In this document: positions 59,567 through 64,000 of the stretch, piece by piece
How positions within the stretch are numbered: position 1 is the stretch's first letter
Layout of the letters: each line of letters begins with the position of its first letter
DNA from: an uncultured virus (IMG/VR IMGVR_UViG_3300044640_001869)
Taxonomy: Duplodnaviria > Heunggongvirae > Uroviricota > Caudoviricetes
Reading direction: 5' to 3' (one strand)
IMG/VR virus record: IMGVR_UViG_3300044640_001869
Span: 62,001-126,000 of that record
Length of the DNA: 64,000 bases
Program-made: the position numbers and the translations under genes
Notes under the pieces: model-generated
Told to the model about the DNA's origin: nothing
Database searches by the model: none
Seen by the model: only the letters and a program-made list of their open reading frames with translations

Positions 59567-59809
59567 TTAATGTATTTGATTTAGTTCAACTTTATATAAC
59601 TTGTATTCTTCAATAACTCGGTGAGAACCAGTACCACTAACTAATTTATAACATTGTTCATTATTTTTAGTTATAGTATCTTGAACTACTAACAACCCTT
59701 TAACAAGTTTTTGTTCTACCAAATCCCCTCGTTTATACATCCATTCTTTTTGGTCACAATTACAGGATAGTAATATCCCCACTAAGATTACTAATATTAA
59801 TTTTCTCAT
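59567..59809 (-). CDS. Small lipoprotein (paralog of 59350)
   Basis: MRKLILVILVGILLS-C lipobox. Confidence 0.7.
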   Translation of the reverse strand: MRKLILVILVGILLSCNCDQKEWMYKRGDLVEQKLVKGLLVVQDTITKNNEQCYKLVSGTGSHRVIEEYKLYKVELNQIH

Positions 59810-59814
59810 ATTAT

Positions 59815-60165
59815 TTAATCTCTAAACGTTGAAGTGGTAATTTTAAACCCACCTGTTTTTGTATAATCTTCGTCAATTACACCTGTTTCTAACCAAGAAT
59901 CTTCACCATCCCAAGCGGAGTTACTATATTCGGTCCATTCAGGTTCCCACATTTTACTTAGTTCAGATAATACATCCTCATCTATTTCTTCATAGATAAC
60001 TTCATACAGTTCATACATATTCTCTTCTAAGTAAGCTAAAAACTCCTCATCAGTTTCACCTTCAAAAGGGATTGATAAGTTTTTAAAGTCTTCGGGATTT
60101 AAGTTGGCAACTTCGGTTGAATTAAAAACCGTTACTCTTTCACATTTTCTAATTTGCATAATCAT
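59815..60165 (-). CDS. Acidic hypothetical protein
   Basis: 116-aa ORF. Confidence 0.7.
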   Translation of the reverse strand: MIMQIRKCERVTVFNSTEVANLNPEDFKNLSIPFEGETDEEFLAYLEENMYELYEVIYEEIDEDVLSELSKMWEPEWTEYSNSAWDGEDSWLETGVIDEDYTKTGGFKITTSTFRD

Positions 60166-60477
60166 TTATTTATAAAACCATTTATCTTCTTCATCGTAAT
60201 AATATGATTTTGAATCATAATTATCAAGATTCAATATCTCACAATACACCTCGTGTTCTTTACAAATTTCTTCACACAGGAATGTATCAGGACCATCAAT
60301 ATCATCACCTTCTAAATCAAAGATTATTTTAAATTCTTCCTCTTCCTCATCAAAGTCATTTTTAACCTCAGCATCAGGATAATCCACATTAAATCTCTCT
60401 GCGATTTTAACGGATAATTCTTTTCCATAACTTGGTTCATCGCTAAACCCGTAAAATATTACACTAATTCCCATCAT
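60166..60477 (-). CDS. Acidic hypothetical protein
   Basis: 103-aa ORF. Confidence 0.7.
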   Translation of the reverse strand: MMGISVIFYGFSDEPSYGKELSVKIAERFNVDYPDAEVKNDFDEEEEEFKIIFDLEGDDIDGPDTFLCEEICKEHEVYCEILNLDNYDSKSYYYDEEDKWFYK

Positions 60478-60871
60478 TTATTTTTTGTATTAAATAATTA
60501 ATTAATTCCGACTCAGGTTCTTCACGAGTTCTATATAAAACCGAATATAAACCATCTTTCCACCCCCATTCTTTTTCTGTTAAATCATTGGGATTACCAA
60601 AGAATTCGTATACAACATAAGAAAACTTAGGTTCAGTTGTACAATCAATATGAACTTCTCCGTATAATTGGTGTTTATCTCTAAACCATTGGAGTACTTC
60701 TGTTTTAAGTGGTGCGGATATATAAGTTTCATCCCCAATTCCGTTCATATAGAACGTATGTTTACCATTTGATTTATATAATGAACATTCACTACCAAAC
60801 CGCGAATATTTATCATACCCAATTTCTTTTAACGCTTTTGCTTGTTCGTAAGTAACAAAAAAATCTTCCAT
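60464..60871 (-). CDS. Conserved phage protein (FVTYEQ..ALKE family)
   Basis: APL...V..WFR; paralog of 56185 gene. Confidence 0.75.
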   Translation of the reverse strand: MEDFFVTYEQAKALKEIGYDKYSRFGSECSLYKSNGKHTFYMNGIGDETYISAPLKTEVLQWFRDKHQLYGEVHIDCTTEPKFSYVVYEFFGNPNDLTEKEWGWKDGLYSVLYRTREEPESELINYLIQKINDGN

Positions 60872-60875
60872 ACAA

Positions 60876-60914
60876 CAAACATAATAAAAAAAGGGATAAC
60901 TTTCATTATCCCCC
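60876..60914 (-). promoter_or_regulatory. Promoter/stem-loop cassette
   Basis: CAAACATAATAAAAAAAGGGATAACTTTCATTATCCCCC. Confidence 0.7.
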
Positions 60915-61115
60915 TTTAAATTTATTTAATGTTTCAATGATTTTATTATCAAGAGTAACCATTTTATCTTGGTCAATATTATTGGTATAAATTCTATTAT
61001 CACCCAATTCACGATAAAGAACACCTCGTTCTAATAACCCGTTGGGGTAATCACCTTGTTTTATACCGTGTAACGCTAATACCTCTTTAAGAAGTTCTAT
61101 TAATTCATTCTCCAT
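60906..61115 (-). CDS. Small hypothetical protein
   Basis: 69-aa ORF. Confidence 0.6.
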   Translation of the reverse strand: MENELIELLKEVLALHGIKQGDYPNGLLERGVLYRELGDNRIYTNNIDQDKMVTLDNKIIETLNKFKGG

Positions 61116-61247
61116 AATACGAAATTATGAATTATGTTTAATATATTCAATAGCTCTTACTAGTAAATAAATATTAAGTAAACATTAAAAATTACCGAAC
61201 ACTGTTATTATTTATTTAGTGAACGTTTATTTTCTTGTAGGTTCATA

Positions 61248-61847
61248 TTACCACATATTTCTTTTATTAATTATTTCAATAGATTCAAAATCGTTACAAG
61301 CGATATTAGTTAATCCCTCTTCTAATGTTACAAAACCATAATAACCTTTAGATTCAATAAAATCTAAAAACTTATCAGTTTCAATTACCGCCCACGAATC
61401 ATTCCATTTTGTAATAAAATAATATAATAAACCAACCATATCATCTTCATCACCATTCTTATCACTCACAAAATATTCCATTACTTCTTCAACACTGTCA
61501 ACACCCGTTCTATTCCATTCATCAATAAAATAGTCAACATTATTTTCAAATAAATCTAACACCTCATCTTTGTATTCTTCTAAAGTATATTTGATTCCAT
61601 AATCATTAATATGTTTGAATGTGTTGAATACCCTATTTGGGTCAAATTTTAATTTAACCTCATATGTGTATTTTCTATCAATGAATGTATTAGGCTCGTT
61701 TGAGAAAAATAAATAACTATTTTTCTTTCTGTTTCTAAGTTGTGGTTTGAATAAATCAATATTATAGTCTGAATTGTGATAAAAAATGCCACCACCATAT
61801 TCGGATTCTTCCCTTATTATTCTTCTTATAGTTTCTTGTAGGTTCAT
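61248..61847 (-). CDS. Putative ADP-ribosyltransferase-fold protein with LQETIRRIIREE leader
   Basis: FYHNS...LFFS...YEVKL...GYYGF..LEE pattern. Confidence 0.45.
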   Translation of the reverse strand: MNLQETIRRIIREESEYGGGIFYHNSDYNIDLFKPQLRNRKKNSYLFFSNEPNTFIDRKYTYEVKLKFDPNRVFNTFKHINDYGIKYTLEEYKDEVLDLFENNVDYFIDEWNRTGVDSVEEVMEYFVSDKNGDEDDMVGLLYYFITKWNDSWAVIETDKFLDFIESKGYYGFVTLEEGLTNIACNDFESIEIINKRNMW

Positions 61848-62329
61848 ATCATATTTTGTTTAATCTTATCCCCCACTTTTTGGAAGAATTCAAGTAGACC
61901 ATCTTCAAGGTCAACATTCAGGTCAACAAAATCTTCACCATCGTGTATATCAAATGAATGAACGTTTAAATCTTCGTCGGTATACATTGTTCCATAATAT
62001 TCTTCATCATCATAAAAGAATTGTCCCATATGTTTAAATTCCACAGGGTCATCATCCCATTCTTCTGAACCATCATAAATGAATCTAATATCGACACCAT
62101 CAATATTATCATTAAATTCATAACCTGTATCAATACTAGCAATGTCAGAAACCTCATCATCTTCAATGTCCTGAGATTTGTTATCAAGAAATCTTCGTTC
62201 CATTTTACTCAATGAATCAATCCCGTAACTATTAATCTTATCTAATATACGATTAGTTAGTTCATCGTTTTCATTTAAACCTTGAACCTCTTCCCTTAAT
62301 ATTCTTCTTATTTTATCTTGTAACCTCAT
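61844..62329 (-). CDS. Acidic protein with LQDKIRRILREE leader and DUF6576-like motif
   Basis: RILDKINSYGIDSLSKMERRFLD. Confidence 0.65.
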   Translation of the reverse strand: MRLQDKIRRILREEVQGLNENDELTNRILDKINSYGIDSLSKMERRFLDNKSQDIEDDEVSDIASIDTGYEFNDNIDGVDIRFIYDGSEEWDDDPVEFKHMGQFFYDDEEYYGTMYTDEDLNVHSFDIHDGEDFVDLNVDLEDGLLEFFQKVGDKIKQNMI

Positions 62330-63438
62330 ACTAAATCAACATTTATATACATATTATCTTGGTCCGTCACCGTAGTCATATTCCATATATAATTCATTGC
62401 TTCATCATATAATTCGTCTTGGATATAATCAATATATTTATCACCATTACTACCTTCGTTTAAGAAATCATTTAACTCATCATCCGATAGTTCAGTTACT
62501 TGATTATCATTATTAGTTAATTTAAAATTAGTTAATCTCGCATTAATAGTTAAGTTAACTTCACTACCACTAACATTAACCCAGAACTCATCTGAACCTA
62601 ATTTAACATCACCAATTAAATCAACTTTTTTATTGAAGTATTTAATTCTAAACTTTTTAACATTAACAATACTTTGTCTAATATTGTCGTAATCAGTTTT
62701 ATTAATGTAAAATTCTTCGGGTGTGTTAACTATAAGGTAGGAATCAAACTTAAATTGAATTTTAAATCTATCAAGCCCAAATATTTTAATAAATTTATTA
62801 AACATTTTATCAATATAATTTTCAATAACCGCTTGACTGTAAGATAAATCATTTGGATTATCAATATTAAAGATTATTCTTTTTTGACCATCGTCTTCTA
62901 ATTTAGGTTTTAAAATTATCCCCTTGAAATTTATTTCCCCCTTTTTAGTTAATCGTGAGTAAAAAATTTCAATCAATTGTTCATTACTAATTCTTTGGGT
63001 TTCCTCGTTTAATACTCTTTTGATTGATTCCTGTAATGACATTTCCTCGTCATCCTCATCCGATTTAAATGTTTCACTATTAATGAATATTTTACATTCG
63101 GGATTATATTTAGACCAAGAAGGTTCAACTTTAAACGGAACGTATTTATTAATCATATTACAAAAATGACTATCAAACCAAGAATCAGTATTAACAGCAG
63201 TTCCAGGATTAATATGTGGTTTAATAATATAATCACCATCATTTCTTACAACCTCAATAAATAATGCCTCAGTTAAATCATTGAAATAAACAAAATTTTT
63301 GGTTATTTCTAACTGAGTTTCAACATCTTCCCAATCTTTACCTAACATAGATAATATCTTATCCATAGTTAATCCTGTGGAATCTATTAGTTTCTTATAA
63401 CCAATTTTATTAACTATTTTTTTAACTTTTTCTTCCAT
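62326..63438 (-). CDS. Two-module protein with internal leader (MSLQESIKRVLNEE)
   Basis: TATTTAT 63446-52. Confidence 0.75.
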   Translation of the reverse strand: MEEKVKKIVNKIGYKKLIDSTGLTMDKILSMLGKDWEDVETQLEITKNFVYFNDLTEALFIEVVRNDGDYIIKPHINPGTAVNTDSWFDSHFCNMINKYVPFKVEPSWSKYNPECKIFINSETFKSDEDDEEMSLQESIKRVLNEETQRISNEQLIEIFYSRLTKKGEINFKGIILKPKLEDDGQKRIIFNIDNPNDLSYSQAVIENYIDKMFNKFIKIFGLDRFKIQFKFDSYLIVNTPEEFYINKTDYDNIRQSIVNVKKFRIKYFNKKVDLIGDVKLGSDEFWVNVSGSEVNLTINARLTNFKLTNNDNQVTELSDDELNDFLNEGSNGDKYIDYIQDELYDEAMNYIWNMTTVTDQDNMYINVDLV

Positions 63439-63460
63439 TATATCTATAAATACTTTACCA

Positions 63461-63493
63461 ATAAAAAAAAGGGATAACTATTTAGTTATCCCC
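63461..63493 (-). terminator. Intrinsic terminator
   Basis: A-run then GGGATAACTA-TT-TAGTTATCCC. Confidence 0.8.
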
Positions 63494-63513
63494 AATATAT
63501 TTAGATTTTTAAA

Positions 63514-64000
63514 TTAATACCATTTATCACTAGTATCTTTCTCATATTGTTCCATAACGCCATCAATCAATTCGTATAAGTGAATTGTTTTTAATAATGG
63601 TTTTTTATTCACATCCATATCATCGTACTGAACTGATGTTGAGTGAACCTCATGCCAATCATCAAACTCATCTTTCTCATAAACATTCACATCATAACCT
63701 TGTTTAAACAACCCAGTTAAATTTATTAAATGGTCTTTACCTTTTTCTAACTCAATTTCTTCTAAACCAATATTATTTAAACCCAAATAATTACGAGCAT
63801 TCGGTTGATTAAAATAATCTTGAATTGTTTTAAGCATACATTCACGAGTTAAGTAGTCAGTTCCTTTTAAAATCTCTTTTAGGTTTTTATAACCACCAAC
63901 TAATTTAGAACCTTTAATTAACCCATTGTTTTGAATGTAATTTAATAATGTTTGAGTTTTTTTATCAATCTCTTCAGATAATATTCGTTTAATAATATTC
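63514..64000 (-). CDS. 5'-truncated hypothetical protein (runs off window)
   Basis: Frame stays open past 63837: NIIKRILSEE...NGLIKGSKLVGGYKNL. Confidence 0.7.
   Translation of the reverse strand, partial: NIIKRILSEEIDKKTQTLLNYIQNNGLIKGSKLVGGYKNLKEILKGTDYLTRECMLKTIQDYFNQPNARNYLGLNNIGLEEIELEKGKDHLINLTGLFKQGYDVNVYEKDEFDDWHEVHSTSVQYDDMDVNKKPLLKTIHLYELIDGVMEQYEKDTSDKWY

Noticed and set aside
1..64000. cas genes supporting a complete CRISPR-Cas locus
   Set aside because: No Cas1/2/9/13 motifs or suitably large ORF seen; any machinery must be elsewhere or in the host.
1..64000. Stop-codon reassignment as in some huge phages
   Set aside because: Known genes are full length in code 11, and TGA and TAA act as stops at gene overlaps.

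Overview
AT-rich, gene-dense window that looks like an accessory region of a large (jumbo/huge) phage. There are about 115 mostly short CDS in the standard code, with no capsid, terminase, polymerase, rRNA, tRNA, cas or RT genes. The host is probably Bacteroidota, because many genes carry the TAnnTTTG -7 promoter box. Recognisable genes are dnaK, thyA, folA, an FKBP PPIase, YceI, a hotdog thioesterase, a P-loop kinase, a HAD phosphatase, a metallophosphoesterase, a non-specific endonuclease, a GT2 glycosyltransferase, a PG-binding/GH19 endolysin, an IceA1/NlaIII-like endonuclease with a beta-class MTase, and a histidine kinase-patatin-response regulator operon. The top observation is an array at 52215-53292 with exact CRISPR geometry: 16 full 36-bp repeats plus a partial one, 16 spacers of exactly 30 bp, and a GTTG-start hairpin repeat resembling Bacteroidota type VI-B/II-C repeats. 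The whole array is an open reading frame on the opposite strand, forming the C-terminus of a 440-aa protein. A related 36-bp GTTG...CAAC repeat plus insert plus partial repeat sits at the 3' end of three other paralogous genes in the same codon phase, suggesting spacer-type insertion into phage coding sequence (hypothesis). Other signals are about 30 proteins with a shared MKIIITE-type leader preceded by a TATTTAT motif, repeated promoter/stem-loop cassettes, and a roughly 2 kb non-coding origin-like region containing a structured RNA candidate. All family assignments come from motif recognition by eye, not database searches.
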